Shown in pieces: positions 28,806-39,798 of a DNA stretch of 64,000 bases. Each line of letters begins with the position of its first letter. Within the stretch, counting starts at the first letter, position 1. The notes beneath the pieces were generated by a model, which was given only the letters and a program-made list of their open reading frames with translations, had not been told where the DNA came from and did no database searches. The translations under genes were made by a program, and so were the position numbers. The DNA comes from Fidelibacterota bacterium. Its GTDB lineage: Bacteria; Fidelibacterota; UBA2242. The stretch covers positions 63,542 through 127,541 of the forward strand of contig JBNGDF010000007.1 in NCBI GenBank assembly GCA_049975265.1, read 5' to 3'.

Positions 28806-29816
28806 ATGATGAATCACCATCCACCATCATTATGGTTCCTGCTCTTTTTTCTGCTTGTCAGTACCCCCTTTGCCTGCTTTCAGCGAAGAGAGCAGGCAGA
28901 CTATCAGGCTATCCAGACCATTGATTCGCCGACTTCCCAACTGGAAGCGATTTGTCAATTCATTACCGATTACCCGAAAAGTGACAACCTGCTGCCGGCA
29001 ATCCGACAGGCGATTATGCTGCTGGAAGCCGATAATCAGCATGACTCTCTGCTGCAATTTCTCATCGATCAGCGCGTAATCCGGTCCAATCCGGAAATCA
29101 CCGCCTATCTGGACAGCCAACTGGTGGCACAATTGCCGCCAGACTCGCTTCAACGGCAGCAGTATCGCACTTCGCTTGATCACTATGTCAGAGAGTATCC
29201 GCAGCCCCTTGCATTTGCTTTGGCGAGCATTCCTCATATCCGGAGCTGCTTTCAAAATGACAGTTTGCGCTGCCGGGCTGTCCGTCAGCTGAGTGACGTC
29301 ATTCTGTCTTCCGATTATGATGATATCGGCAATTTCATCAAAATTTCCAGGCAACTATCCGCAGCGGGTGATTCCCTGCTGCTTCCACATGCCAATCGGT
29401 TCCTCATCGCCGCGATTCAGCACTGCACACCGCCCACTATTCAAAAACACCACCCGGAGCTGAATCAACCCGATTCCCTGTTGAATCAGTATTACTACTC
29501 CTGTTTTACGGAGCTGGCTTGGAACGTTTACCGGCAGCGGCGCTTTGAGTACGCCCTGCATCTGATCTCTCAGGCAAGCAAATTCGGCGATCTGGCAGCC
29601 AATAACGGCTATATAATTCTCGGAGCGGTACAGGCGGAATGCGGCGAACTCAACCCGGGCTGGACACATCTCCTGACCGGTCTGGTCCTGAATCCGGCGG
29701 CTGAAGAGAAGTCCCCCGAGATCCGGAAAATCTATACCCGACTATTCGCCCGGATTCGCGGCTCCCGGGAAGATCCGTTCCGGTTTTTGAATCAATATCG
29801 CCGCTCCCATTACTAA
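28806..29816 (+). CDS. Hypothetical helical (TPR-like) lipoprotein
   Basis: Hydrophobic leader ending PFA-C; alpha-helical repeats. Confidence 0.6.
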   Translation: MMNHHPPSLWFLLFFLLVSTPFACFQRREQADYQAIQTIDSPTSQLEAICQFITDYPKSDNLLPAIRQAIMLLEADNQHDSLLQFLIDQRVIRSNPEITAYLDSQLVAQLPPDSLQRQQYRTSLDHYVREYPQPLAFALASIPHIRSCFQNDSLRCRAVRQLSDVILSSDYDDIGNFIKISRQLSAAGDSLLLPHANRFLIAAIQHCTPPTIQKHHPELNQPDSLLNQYYYSCFTELAWNVYRQRRFEYALHLISQASKFGDLAANNGYIILGAVQAECGELNPGWTHLLTGLVLNPAAEEKSPEIRKIYTRLFARIRGSREDPFRFLNQYRRSHY

Positions 29817-29846
29817 TTCAAATTCAAATGAGGTGCCATCCCGACT

Positions 29847-30395
29847 ATGAAATCTGAAACCATCAGAATCTTCCGTTCCATCGGCATCGGTATTGCGCTG
29901 CTGTTGCTGGACTTCCTGATTAAGTACCTTGCCAATCTAAAGCTACCGTTTCAAAAGGTTCAGCAAACCTTTCTTCCCTTCCTGCTGCTTTACCGGACTC
30001 ATAATACCGGCTATCATTATCTGTTCGGTCCGATTGAGAACCATTTTATCTGGGCGCTGGCGGGCATGGTATTTGTTTTCGTGCTGATGGCATCACTGAT
30101 CCACACGCTGGTGAAAGAGCAACTCGACCATTTTAACAACACGATGTACTCACTGATTCTCACCCTGACCATCGGCGCCTCCGGCAACGTGCTGGAGATC
30201 CTGCTGTTTGGACACGCCACCGATTATTTTATCTTTAAACCTTTTCCCTGGCCCAGTAACCTCTGCGATCAGTATATCAACGGGATACTTTATATTGCCT
30301 TACCCGTAATTATTATTAAGGCAATCATTGATCACAGACGCGGAAAAAAGATTCCCTCCGCGACGAATCATGATCAGGTTATACACGAAGATTAA
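29847..30395 (+). CDS. Signal peptidase II (LspA)-family protein, divergent
   Basis: DFLIK, NTG, GASGN, ATDY, NLCD motifs and four TM helices. Confidence 0.75.
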   Translation: MKSETIRIFRSIGIGIALLLLDFLIKYLANLKLPFQKVQQTFLPFLLLYRTHNTGYHYLFGPIENHFIWALAGMVFVFVLMASLIHTLVKEQLDHFNNTMYSLILTLTIGASGNVLEILLFGHATDYFIFKPFPWPSNLCDQYINGILYIALPVIIIKAIIDHRRGKKIPSATNHDQVIHED

Positions 30396-32173
30396 CGTTT
30401 TTTCTGTTTACGCAACCGCTCGTACTGCTCCGGATACAGTTTTTTCATGCAGTCGTCGCAGAGACCGTGGCTGAATTCCGCGGCGGAATGTTTGGAGATA
30501 TAGGATTCCACATCGTTCCAGTAACCCTTGTCATCCCGGATTCGCTTGCAATTGGCGCAAATCGGGATCAAACCGCTCAGGGTATTAACTTTATCGAGTG
30601 CTTTTTGGAGTTCACGAATGATCCGCTCCCGCTCTTCTTCGGCTTTCTTTCGCTCTGTAATATCGTGTCCGATACCCACCAGCCCGGTCACCTGACCGGC
30701 AGCGTTTTTCAGGGGAATTTTAGAGGTTATCTGCCAGCCGATGCTGCCGTCCGGTCTGGTCACCTTTTCTTCCCGGTCGAGGATAGCTTCTCCGTTCTGA
30801 ATGACTTTTTTATCATCCGCATCAAAGGCAGCCGCCAGCTCCGGTGGAAAGAAATCAAAATCGGTTTTACCGAGTACTTCGGATTCCGATTCCGCACCCA
30901 TGTTATGGAAATCTGCCGGATTTGAGAGAGTTTTCTGGCGGGCGGTATTCTTCACATAAATTGCATTGGGAAGATGGTCTATCATCGTACGCATGAGATT
31001 ACGCTCCGCAGACAGGGCTTCTTCAAACCGTTTGCGTTCGGTAATATCTCTGTAAATTGCCAGTGCACCGATATGTTCACCATCAATGCTAATCGGCGCC
31101 CCGCTGACCGAGACGTCAATATACGAGCCGTCCTTCCGGCGCCGCCGACGGTCCAGATTGGCAATTCCACCTGCCTGAACGCTTTTGGTGATATCGGCGG
31201 CATCATGATAATCCTCTTTATCAACGATGATCCGATCTAGATTGCGCCCCTGGATTTCTGCCTGGGTATAGCCGAACAATTTTTCAAAAGAGGGATTGAC
31301 ATTGACCACATTCCCATGCAAATCCAAGGAGACAATCGCGTCGGAAGCGCTGTCGAATATGGCTTGAAAATACTGTTTCTGTCGCTGAATCTCCCTTTCA
31401 GCCTTTTTGCGCTCGGTGATATCGCGAATGACCGCGAATGTCGCCGTATTGCCCTGATAATTGATGATCGTCACATTGGCTTCGACATCGATCTCGGAAC
31501 CGTCTTTGCGCTTAAAGACGGTTTCATACTGAGACGGCACCTGCTCACCCCGTTCCCGGCGGCGGCTGCGTTCATAGAGAATCGCCAGCCCCCGCTCGTT
31601 GTATACGTCGCGATAATCCCGCATCAGCAGTTCATCGACTGTATAGCCCAACATGGTGGCGAACTGCCGGTTGAAAAAGATGAACTTATCGGATTGGCTG
31701 ATGACAATCCCATCCTTGATATTTTCCACCAGGAGCCGGTACTTTTCTTCTTTACTTAAAATCTGTGATTCCGTTATTTCGGTAATGTACCCTTCCAGAT
31801 AACGTGGCTTTCCATCGTCAGAATAGACACCAATCCCCTGCTCCCAGACCCATTTGACCTTTCCCGACGCCGTGTGGACACGATACTCCAGAATAAAGGA
31901 TCTGTGATGTTTCAGCGCCTTCTGCACGGTCGCAGACACCATTTTCCGGTCGTTGGGCTCAATCAGATCGCCAAAACTGACGACATTGTTCCCGATCAGA
32001 TCTTCCGGTTGATATTCCAGCAGGTCAACGCAACCGGCACTGATCTCCAGCATCGTCCAGTTGCGATCGTTGACACAGCGATAAACAACACCTGGCAAAT
32101 TCTGGAGCAGTCGAACTTTATCGATATCCCCGCCCTTTTTCACTCCGGAACGTTTATATCTTTTTGCCTGCAT
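30392..32173 (-). CDS. Multi-PAS sensor with C-terminal Cys/His motif and no enzymatic output domain
   Basis: Four PAS/PAC modules (E/DITE ends); tail GLIPICANCKRIRDDKGYW...FSHGLCDDC. Confidence 0.88.
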   Translation of the reverse strand: MQAKRYKRSGVKKGGDIDKVRLLQNLPGVVYRCVNDRNWTMLEISAGCVDLLEYQPEDLIGNNVVSFGDLIEPNDRKMVSATVQKALKHHRSFILEYRVHTASGKVKWVWEQGIGVYSDDGKPRYLEGYITEITESQILSKEEKYRLLVENIKDGIVISQSDKFIFFNRQFATMLGYTVDELLMRDYRDVYNERGLAILYERSRRRERGEQVPSQYETVFKRKDGSEIDVEANVTIINYQGNTATFAVIRDITERKKAEREIQRQKQYFQAIFDSASDAIVSLDLHGNVVNVNPSFEKLFGYTQAEIQGRNLDRIIVDKEDYHDAADITKSVQAGGIANLDRRRRRKDGSYIDVSVSGAPISIDGEHIGALAIYRDITERKRFEEALSAERNLMRTMIDHLPNAIYVKNTARQKTLSNPADFHNMGAESESEVLGKTDFDFFPPELAAAFDADDKKVIQNGEAILDREEKVTRPDGSIGWQITSKIPLKNAAGQVTGLVGIGHDITERKKAEEERERIIRELQKALDKVNTLSGLIPICANCKRIRDDKGYWNDVESYISKHSAAEFSHGLCDDCMKKLYPEQYERLRKQKKR

Positions 32174-32231
32174 GAATTCCCTCTGTCCGCTTTAATTTCA
32201 ATTTATGGAAAAAATACTAATCTCTCAATTG

Positions 32232-32269
32232 AAAAAAAAGCCGTCCGGAAGTCTCTCCCGGAAAGCTTT
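32232..32269 (-). terminator. Intrinsic terminator after argF
   Basis: Minus-strand hairpin agc-tt-tccggga/ttccgga-cg-gct followed by T8. Confidence 0.6.
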
Positions 32270-32289
32270 CGGTGTCTTTTTGTCCGGCA

Positions 32290-33204
32290 TTACCCCAGCA
32301 ACAGTTTAACGATAATGGCTTTCTGGACATGCATGCGGTTTTCCGCCTCATCAAAGACAATTGAGTTGGGACCATCAATCACCTCATCAGTAATCTCATC
32401 TCCCCGGTGTGCCGGAAGGCAATGCATGATGAGCACGTCTTTATGGGCATGCCGGATCAATTCACGGTTGACCTGAAACGGCAGGAAATCCCGGCGGCGT
32501 TTTGCGGTTTCCGCCTCCTGCCCCATGCTGGCCCAGACGTCGGTATAGACCACATCGGCATCCCGGACGGCTTCCACAGGATCCCGGACAATCTCGATCC
32601 GGCTGATGCCGGCGCTGCGGGCATTTTCCAGAATTGTCTCATCGGGATCGTAACCGCCGGGGGACGCCAGTACAAAATGCAGTGGCAGCCGGGCGGCTAA
32701 ATTGATCCATGAATTGGCGACATTATTGCCATCGCCGACAAAAGCGACTTTCAGATCGTTCAGATGTTTGCGATGTTCCAGTACGGTAAAAATATCCGCC
32801 ATGACCTGACAGGGGTGGTTGAGGTCCGTCAAACCGTTGATCACCGGGACGGAAGAATATTCGGCGAGTTCCAGGATATGGGCATGCTCGAAGAGGCGTG
32901 CCATGATGATGTCGTCATACCGGGAGATTACCCGGGCGATATCTTTGACGGCTTCCCGCTTACCGATGCCAATATCGTTGGGGCTCAGGTAGATCGCATG
33001 TCCACCCAGTTGGGACATACCGGTTTCAAAGGATATCCGGGTGCGGGCTGAAGGTTTGGCAAAAATCATTGCCATGTTTTTTCCCTTCAGTGGTTTATAC
33101 TCGTTTCCTTCCCTGAGCAGCAACTTAATTTTTGCGCTCAGTTCCAACACCTCCTGAATTTCTTCTGTCGAAAAATCGGTTATATGGATAAAATCTCGCT
33201 TCAC
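32290..33204 (-). CDS. argF: Ornithine carbamoyltransferase
   Basis: KPSARTR, HPCQ, DVWASMGQE, HCLPAHRG. Confidence 0.95.
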   Translation of the reverse strand: MKRDFIHITDFSTEEIQEVLELSAKIKLLLREGNEYKPLKGKNMAMIFAKPSARTRISFETGMSQLGGHAIYLSPNDIGIGKREAVKDIARVISRYDDIIMARLFEHAHILELAEYSSVPVINGLTDLNHPCQVMADIFTVLEHRKHLNDLKVAFVGDGNNVANSWINLAARLPLHFVLASPGGYDPDETILENARSAGISRIEIVRDPVEAVRDADVVYTDVWASMGQEAETAKRRRDFLPFQVNRELIRHAHKDVLIMHCLPAHRGDEITDEVIDGPNSIVFDEAENRMHVQKAIIVKLLLG

Positions 33205-33213
33205 GCGCTCCTC

Positions 33214-34572
33214 CTAAAGAATATAACGACTTAAATCGCGGTCTTTAATCAACTCTGCCAATCTCTTCTCCACATCTTTCCGGGTTACCCGAACCGTTTT
33301 GATTTTCTGATCGGGTATTTGAAAGAGAGCATCTTCCAGCAGCGTGGTCATAATGGTATGCAGCCGCCGCGCACCGATATTCTCCATTTTATCATTGACC
33401 TCCTCCGCCAACTGGGCAATATTCTCGATGGCGTCGTCCTCCACGATCAGATCGACACCCTCGGTTTTCAACAGAGCCTGATATTGCTTGAGAAGGGCAT
33501 TGCGGGGATTCTGCAAAATCTTAATAAATTCCGCCTTCCCAAGACTATCCATCTCCACCCGGATCGGAAAACGACCCTGCAATTCCGGAATCAAGTCCGA
33601 CGGTTTGGTCATATGAAAGGCACCGGCGGCAATGAAAAGGATGTGATCGGTTTTCACGACACCGAACTTTGTCTGTACATTGGAGCCCTCCACAATGGGC
33701 AGTATATCCCGCTGGACACCCTCGCGGGAGACATCGGGACCGTGCCCGGTGTCACCGTGAGAAGAAGCAATCTTGTCAATTTCATCAAGGAATACTATAC
33801 CCGATTCTTCGACCCGCCGGATCGCTTCCTGAATAATCAGATCATTATCCACCAGTTTTTCCGCCTCTTCCTGGGTAAAGATTTTTCGGGCTTCGGCAAT
33901 CGTTACTCTCTGCAGCTTTTTCTTTTTGGGGAAAGCGCTGCCCAGCATCTCGCTCAGGTTCAAGCCCATCTCCTCCAGACCGGCGGGTCCAAAGACCTGC
34001 ATGATCGGCGTTCCGCCCTTCTGAACGGTGATTTCGATAACCCGATCTTCCATTGAGCCGTTTTTCAGCATTTCCCGGAATCTCTCACGGGTATGCGACA
34101 GCTGGGTTTCTTTGCTCTCGCCAGCAGACTCCGGTTCCCTGGCGGACTTTCGGGGCGGCAGGAGAATATCCAGAATACGTTCATTCGCCAGGGCAGTCGC
34201 CTGCTCGGTCACTTCGGCGATGCGTTCACCTTTCACCAGACTGACCGAAATGCTGGCGAGGTCCCTAATAATAGACTCCACATCCCGACCCACATAACCG
34301 ACTTCTGTAAATTTGGACGCCTCGACCTTGATAAAGGGTGCATGCGCCAGACTTGACAGTCGCCGGGCAATTTCGGTTTTCCCTACACCGGTGGGACCGA
34401 TCAGAATGATGTTATTCGGTAAAATGTCCTCTTTGATGGGACCCTCCACATGCTGTCGGCGCCAGCGGTTACGCAGGGCAATCGCCACCGCTTTTTTGGC
34501 AGCGTCCTGACCGATGATATAGGCATCCAGCTCTTTGACAATTTCACGGGGGGTCAAATCTTTGCGGTTCAT
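33214..34572 (-). CDS. hslU: ATP-dependent protease ATPase subunit
   Basis: [38 protein letters not shown]. Confidence 0.98.
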   Translation of the reverse strand: MNRKDLTPREIVKELDAYIIGQDAAKKAVAIALRNRWRRQHVEGPIKEDILPNNIILIGPTGVGKTEIARRLSSLAHAPFIKVEASKFTEVGYVGRDVESIIRDLASISVSLVKGERIAEVTEQATALANERILDILLPPRKSAREPESAGESKETQLSHTRERFREMLKNGSMEDRVIEITVQKGGTPIMQVFGPAGLEEMGLNLSEMLGSAFPKKKKLQRVTIAEARKIFTQEEAEKLVDNDLIIQEAIRRVEESGIVFLDEIDKIASSHGDTGHGPDVSREGVQRDILPIVEGSNVQTKFGVVKTDHILFIAAGAFHMTKPSDLIPELQGRFPIRVEMDSLGKAEFIKILQNPRNALLKQYQALLKTEGVDLIVEDDAIENIAQLAEEVNDKMENIGARRLHTIMTTLLEDALFQIPDQKIKTVRVTRKDVEKRLAELIKDRDLSRYIL

Positions 34573-35150
34573 AATTCCATTACGGTTAAGTTATCGTTGG
34601 TATAGATACAGATTTTCGCTGCGATGTGCAGCGCCTCTTCCACGATCTCCCGGGCAGAGAGCTCACTGTATTGCAGCATTGCCCGGGCGGCGGCAAGGGC
34701 ATAGTGTCCGCCCGATCCGATGGCTACAATATCGTCGTCGGGCTCTATGACATCACCGGTTCCGGAAATAATCAACGAGGTGTCTGCACTCATCACGGTC
34801 AGCAGTGCCTCCAGGCGGCGCAGATATTTATCGGTGCGCCAGAGCTTCGCCAGTTCGACCGCCGCCCGGTTGATATTGCCCTTGTATTTCTCCAGCTCCC
34901 CTTCAAATTTTTCAAAGAGGGTCAGAGCATCGGCGGTGGAGCCGGCAAATCCTACCAGAATACTATCCTTATAGAGCTTCCGAATCTTCCGGGCATTGTG
35001 CTTCATAACGGTATTCCCGTTGGTTACCTGTCCATCGCTGCCCATCGCCGATTGTCCGTTTCGCCGCACACCGATGACCGTGGTACCATACAGCACTGTT
35101 CCGCTATCACGGCTATCTGTTCCGTACATCGTCTCATGCTTAGCTGTCAT
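34569..35150 (-). CDS. hslV: ATP-dependent protease peptidase subunit
   Basis: [25 protein letters not shown]. Confidence 0.97.
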   Translation of the reverse strand: MTAKHETMYGTDSRDSGTVLYGTTVIGVRRNGQSAMGSDGQVTNGNTVMKHNARKIRKLYKDSILVGFAGSTADALTLFEKFEGELEKYKGNINRAAVELAKLWRTDKYLRRLEALLTVMSADTSLIISGTGDVIEPDDDIVAIGSGGHYALAAARAMLQYSELSAREIVEEALHIAAKICIYTNDNLTVMEL

Positions 35151-36115
35151 TTGGTAGTCCCCAGATATTGCAGATATTCATTATCCGTGGATAAAATCAG
35201 GGTTGTGCTGCTATCGATAGCCGTGCGGTAGGTTTCCAAGGTTCGTAAAAACCTGTAAAAATCCCGGGAATCCGCCGACCGATTATAGGCATCGCCGTAG
35301 ATTTTCACCGCTTCGGCATCTGCTTTTCCGCGGATCTGCTGGGATTCCAGATAAGCCTGCGAGAGGATTTCTTTCTTTTTCTGGGACAATTTTCCCATGA
35401 TCCGTTCCTTTTCGCCCTGACCGATGGCGCGATATTTTTCTGCGATCCGCAGCTGGGCTGAGATCATACGGTCAAAGACCTTTCTCTGGACCTCGGTGTT
35501 GTAGTCAATCCGCTTAATCTGCAGATCAATAACCTCAATACCCAGATTAAGGTCTTTTAGTTTGGTTCTCACATTCTCCACAATTGCATTAATAATTTTT
35601 GCCCGGGCACCGGGAATGTCAAAATCTTCAAACTGAGAGGAGTCCAGTGGTGTTGTAATATCCGCCGATTCCACCTCCTGAATGACCATTTCCCGATCGG
35701 AGTTACGAATAATTTCCGGCAATGTATGATTGGCGATTTCATCCCGTACGGCGCCATCCAGCAGATCATCCAGACGGGAATAGCCCACCATCTCGCTGCG
35801 GTTGCTTTTATAAAATGCCAGCGCGTCGGATATCCGCCAGCGGGCAAAGGTGTCGATATAAATGAATTTATTATCTTTAGTGGGAATTTCCTGGGGATTG
35901 CCATCCCACTCCAGAATCCGTTTATCAAAGACCAGAACCTTTTGGATAAAGGGTACCTTCAGATGGATGCCTGCCTGTGTAACAGGCAGACCCACCGGCT
36001 TGCCGAACTGGGTTATGATCGCCTGCTGAGTTTCGTCCAGAATAAACAGCGCAGTGCTAAAAAAGACAATTATTAAAACAATCAACAACAATAGAATTAT
36101 TTTACCGGTCTTCAT
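35147..36115 (-). CDS. hflC: FtsH modulator HflC
   Basis: SPFH domain, [18 protein letters not shown]. Confidence 0.93.
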   Translation of the reverse strand: MKTGKIILLLLIVLIIVFFSTALFILDETQQAIITQFGKPVGLPVTQAGIHLKVPFIQKVLVFDKRILEWDGNPQEIPTKDNKFIYIDTFARWRISDALAFYKSNRSEMVGYSRLDDLLDGAVRDEIANHTLPEIIRNSDREMVIQEVESADITTPLDSSQFEDFDIPGARAKIINAIVENVRTKLKDLNLGIEVIDLQIKRIDYNTEVQRKVFDRMISAQLRIAEKYRAIGQGEKERIMGKLSQKKKEILSQAYLESQQIRGKADAEAVKIYGDAYNRSADSRDFYRFLRTLETYRTAIDSSTTLILSTDNEYLQYLGTTK

Positions 36116-37098
36116 TTTGTCACCGCCTTTCCGTCCAGGTTTAGAAGTGGCACGAGGCTTCTGACCTCCTTGTCAATTAAAACCTTGTCATCGACACTTT
36201 GCATCACCGCCTCCATCGTCTCCAGGTAGAGACGCTGCCGGGTCACCTCCCTGGCTTTCTGATATTCGGTAAAGACCGACGTAAACAGCTCCGCATCTCC
36301 GGTGGCGCGATTGGTACGGTCGATGGCGTATCCGCGGGCTTCCTGAACAATCCGCTTCGCTTCACCTTCAACCCGGAAAATCTCCTTATTGTAGATTTTG
36401 CTGGCTTCGTTGATTGCCGTCTCCTGCTCCTGCTTCGCCCGGTTGACCTCGTTATAGGAGTCGAAAACCGGGTCCGGCGGCTGAACGGTAATTAATTGCA
36501 CCAGCTCGATCCGGATACCCATATCGTATTCATCCAGCGTCTGCTGCATATAGTCCTGAGCCAGCAACGCAACCTTACGGCGGTCTGACTGCAATACCTC
36601 CTGAAAAGAGCGATCGCCCACCACAAAGCGCATGGCTGCCTCGGTGACTGCCCGGATGGTACCGCTCTGCTCCCGGACATGGAACAGATACTTCACCGGG
36701 TCTTTAATCTTGTACTGCACCACCCACTGCACGTCGGCAATGTTCAGATCACCGGTCAACATCCAGGATTCGTCTGTATACTGATCCTTATCATAGACCG
36801 TTTTTACCCCGGGACGGGCGGTGCGAAACCCGAACTCCTCCTTCCACTGGTATTCCACCCGAACCTTATATAACTTATCAATTCCCCAGGGAAACTTCAG
36901 ATGCAGCCCCGGATAGGTGGTTTTGAGATATTTCCCAAACCGTAAAACCACTCCGTTTTCATTGGCGTCCACCGTATAAAACGACATGGCTACCGTGACG
37001 CCCACGGCAATTAACACCACAACAATAATGAGCAGAAAGGTCTGTGAAGATGATACCTCAATCTCATTATCTCCGATTTTTACCTTTTTCCCAGCCAT
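36112..37098 (-). CDS. hflK: FtsH modulator HflK
   Basis: VVLRFGK, MLTGDLN, TRQRLYLETME. Confidence 0.93.
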   Translation of the reverse strand: MAGKKVKIGDNEIEVSSSQTFLLIIVVVLIAVGVTVAMSFYTVDANENGVVLRFGKYLKTTYPGLHLKFPWGIDKLYKVRVEYQWKEEFGFRTARPGVKTVYDKDQYTDESWMLTGDLNIADVQWVVQYKIKDPVKYLFHVREQSGTIRAVTEAAMRFVVGDRSFQEVLQSDRRKVALLAQDYMQQTLDEYDMGIRIELVQLITVQPPDPVFDSYNEVNRAKQEQETAINEASKIYNKEIFRVEGEAKRIVQEARGYAIDRTNRATGDAELFTSVFTEYQKAREVTRQRLYLETMEAVMQSVDDKVLIDKEVRSLVPLLNLDGKAVTK

Positions 37099-37109
37099 TT
37101 ATACCTCCT

Positions 37110-38510
37110 TTATATAGTTCGCCGCAGTCTTGCTACGGGAATTTTCAACTGCTCCCGATATTTTGCCACAGTCCGGCGGGCAATCGGGTAACCCTCTTTC
37201 TTTAACAATTGTGCCAGATGATCGTCGCTGTAGGGCTTCTGTTTATCCTCCGAATCGATAATCGTTTTCAATTTTTCCTTAATTATGCGGGTGGAAATTT
37301 CCTCGCCGCTTTCGTCGACCATACCCTCATTGAAAAAATATTTTAATTCATAGACTCCGGAGCTGAGCTGGACATACTTCCCATTGGTCACCCGGCTGAT
37401 TGTCGAAATGTCCATATTGACATCTTCGGCAATATCTTTCAGAATCATCGGTTTCAGCGGATTGCGGCAATCATCAAAAAAATCCCGCTGACGGTCAATG
37501 ATAGCCTTCATTACCCTGATCATGGTCAGGCGGCGCTGATAAATGGACTGGATAAACCATTTCGCCATGTCAATTTTTTTCTTCAGGTACTGTCTGGCGT
37601 CCGGGGATAATTTTTCACCTTCAGCAATCATATTCATGTACCCGGAGTTGATCCGCAATTCGGGAACCCGGGAATCGTTTACCTCAATAATAAATTCATC
37701 GCCCACCTTTTCCACAATCAGATCCGGCACAATATATTGCGGATCGCTGCCCATCAGAGATACGCCCGGTTTGGGATTCAACTTCCGGATTGTCTCCTGC
37801 GCCTTATAAAGACGCTCCCGGGTCCAGCCAAGGGTTTTCATGATCTGCTGAAACCGGCGATTGGCAAAATCGTCAAAATGATCCCGTACAAGAATAACGG
37901 CATCTTCTCTCGTAGAGACCTCCGGCACATTGTCCATCTGGTGGAGCTGGATCAGCAGACACTCCTGCAGGTTCCGGGCGGCAATCCCCGGCGGGTCCAT
38001 CTGCTGCAGGTACCGCAGCACCTGTTCCGCCTTTTCAACGCTCATCGATTGACTGTACGCAATGTTTTCGATCGGTATGCCCAGATAGCCGCGCTCATCG
38101 AGATTCCAGATGATTTCCCGGGCGATCTTCATCTCCCGGTCGCTCAGATTCATCAGCTTCAACTGATCAAACAGATAATCCACCATGCCCCGCGGCGAGA
38201 CCTGCACCAGTGTGTACTCTTCCCGGCTTTTGTCGTACTCCACCTTCGGCTCGTAATCATCGTTTTGCGGTAACAGCTCCTCCCAGTCAATATCATCACT
38301 CTCGTCATCATCCGATTCCTCCGGCTCATCGGTCTCCTTTTCCTCAGGCGGGACCTCTTCCAGAACCGGATTCTGTTCCAGCTCCTGATTAACCCGCGCC
38401 TCCAGCGCCAGGGTCGGGAGCTGCAAAATAGTAGATTGCAGAATCTGCTGTGGTGTCAGACGCAGCTCCTGGGATAATTTTTGCACCTGGGTTTGTGACA
38501 ATTGCATCAT
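37110..38510 (-). CDS. rpoN: RNA polymerase sigma-54 factor
   Basis: Gln/Leu-rich region I, STISR, RpoN box ARRTVAKYRE. Confidence 0.97.
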   Translation of the reverse strand: MMQLSQTQVQKLSQELRLTPQQILQSTILQLPTLALEARVNQELEQNPVLEEVPPEEKETDEPEESDDDESDDIDWEELLPQNDDYEPKVEYDKSREEYTLVQVSPRGMVDYLFDQLKLMNLSDREMKIAREIIWNLDERGYLGIPIENIAYSQSMSVEKAEQVLRYLQQMDPPGIAARNLQECLLIQLHQMDNVPEVSTREDAVILVRDHFDDFANRRFQQIMKTLGWTRERLYKAQETIRKLNPKPGVSLMGSDPQYIVPDLIVEKVGDEFIIEVNDSRVPELRINSGYMNMIAEGEKLSPDARQYLKKKIDMAKWFIQSIYQRRLTMIRVMKAIIDRQRDFFDDCRNPLKPMILKDIAEDVNMDISTISRVTNGKYVQLSSGVYELKYFFNEGMVDESGEEISTRIIKEKLKTIIDSEDKQKPYSDDHLAQLLKKEGYPIARRTVAKYREQLKIPVARLRRTI

Positions 38511-39259
38511 CGGTCCAGCCTGAAACTATCTCCCAAATACAGTCGTTTAGCATCCTCATCGGTAGCCAGCATCTCCGACGTACCGGATTTTAAAATACGC
38601 CCCTCAAACATCAAATAGCTACGATCGGTAATCGACAGGGTTTCATGGACATTGTGATCGGTTATCAGAACTCCGATATTGCGGTCTTTCAAACCCACCA
38701 CGATTTTCTGAATATCTTCCACGGCAATCGGATCGACCCCCACAAAGGGTTCATCCAGCAGAATAAAATCGGGATTGGTCACCAACGCCCGGGTAATCTC
38801 CGTCCGCCGCCGTTCACCGCCGGAAAGGGTATAGGCTTTGCTTTTGCGAAACTTACGGATACCCAGCTCGTCCAGCAGTCGCTCCAGCCGCTCCATCTGC
38901 TCCTTTTTCCCGATTCCCAGAGTCTGCAATACCAGCAGCAGGTTCTGTTCAACGGTCAGCTTTCGAAACACCGACGGCTCCTGAGAGAGATAGCCAATCC
39001 CCAGTTGCGCCCGTTTGTACATGGGCAGGTGGGTTACCTCCCTGTGATTAATAAATACCCGCCCCGAAGTTGGCCGAATCATCCCGGTAAACATGTGAAA
39101 TGTCGTAGTTTTGCCGGCACCATTTGGTCCCAGCAGACCGACGACTTCGCCCTTGTGGACCTCAATGGTGCTGTTATTCACCACCATCCGTCTGCCATAA
39201 ATTTTGCAGAGCTCTTCGCCTCGCAATATCTTATCCTCTGTGACTGTGTTCGGAGTCAT
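38507..39259 (-). CDS. lptB: LPS export ABC transporter ATPase
   Basis: GPNGAGKTT, LSGGERRR, DEPFVGVDP, TDHNV. Confidence 0.96.
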   Translation of the reverse strand: MTPNTVTEDKILRGEELCKIYGRRMVVNNSTIEVHKGEVVGLLGPNGAGKTTTFHMFTGMIRPTSGRVFINHREVTHLPMYKRAQLGIGYLSQEPSVFRKLTVEQNLLLVLQTLGIGKKEQMERLERLLDELGIRKFRKSKAYTLSGGERRRTEITRALVTNPDFILLDEPFVGVDPIAVEDIQKIVVGLKDRNIGVLITDHNVHETLSITDRSYLMFEGRILKSGTSEMLATDEDAKRLYLGDSFRLDR

Positions 39260-39264
39260 TTTTT

Positions 39265-39798
39265 TTACTCTTTAATGTTCCGATCCGTGACTCCACTGGG
39301 CCGCCGAATGATCCAGTTCTTCAAGTCGGAATCCGATTCAAATCCGACACCCGTCAAGGTATCCTGTTCCTGCACAAAGGTAATGAACATGTCCGAAATA
39401 ATCCGCTCCCGCTGATGATCCCACCGCAGCTCCTCGGTATACAGGGTCACCCCGCTGTCCGACACGACAACCACATTGCCACTGGCCAGAAGATCGTTGG
39501 TATTTTCATTCACCTGCGCCTGCTGCGCCGTCAGATGCGACAGATGGGACTGCTCGGCATCAAAAAAATCCACATCCACGCTGTCGTCCATCATAATCAG
39601 CGCTTCGTTTTTATTTTTCGTCAAATGTCCAGCCAATACCAACGCCCGTTTATCGCCGTTCTTGGTCAGCGTAATGGTTGTATTCCAGCTCTCCTGATCG
39701 GGATATTTCCGCTGTTCGGAATCGATGACGTTCTCCTCGCTGGGCTGACAGCCGAGGACAAAAACGAGGATTGCACCATAGCAGAGCCAGCGGTTCAT
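39265..39798 (-). CDS. lptC: LPS export protein LptC
   Basis: Beta-jellyroll pattern GNVVVVS...LYTEELRWD, GVGFESD; position between kdsD and lptB. Confidence 0.85.
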   Translation of the reverse strand: MNRWLCYGAILVFVLGCQPSEENVIDSEQRKYPDQESWNTTITLTKNGDKRALVLAGHLTKNKNEALIMMDDSVDVDFFDAEQSHLSHLTAQQAQVNENTNDLLASGNVVVVSDSGVTLYTEELRWDHQRERIISDMFITFVQEQDTLTGVGFESDSDLKNWIIRRPSGVTDRNIKE

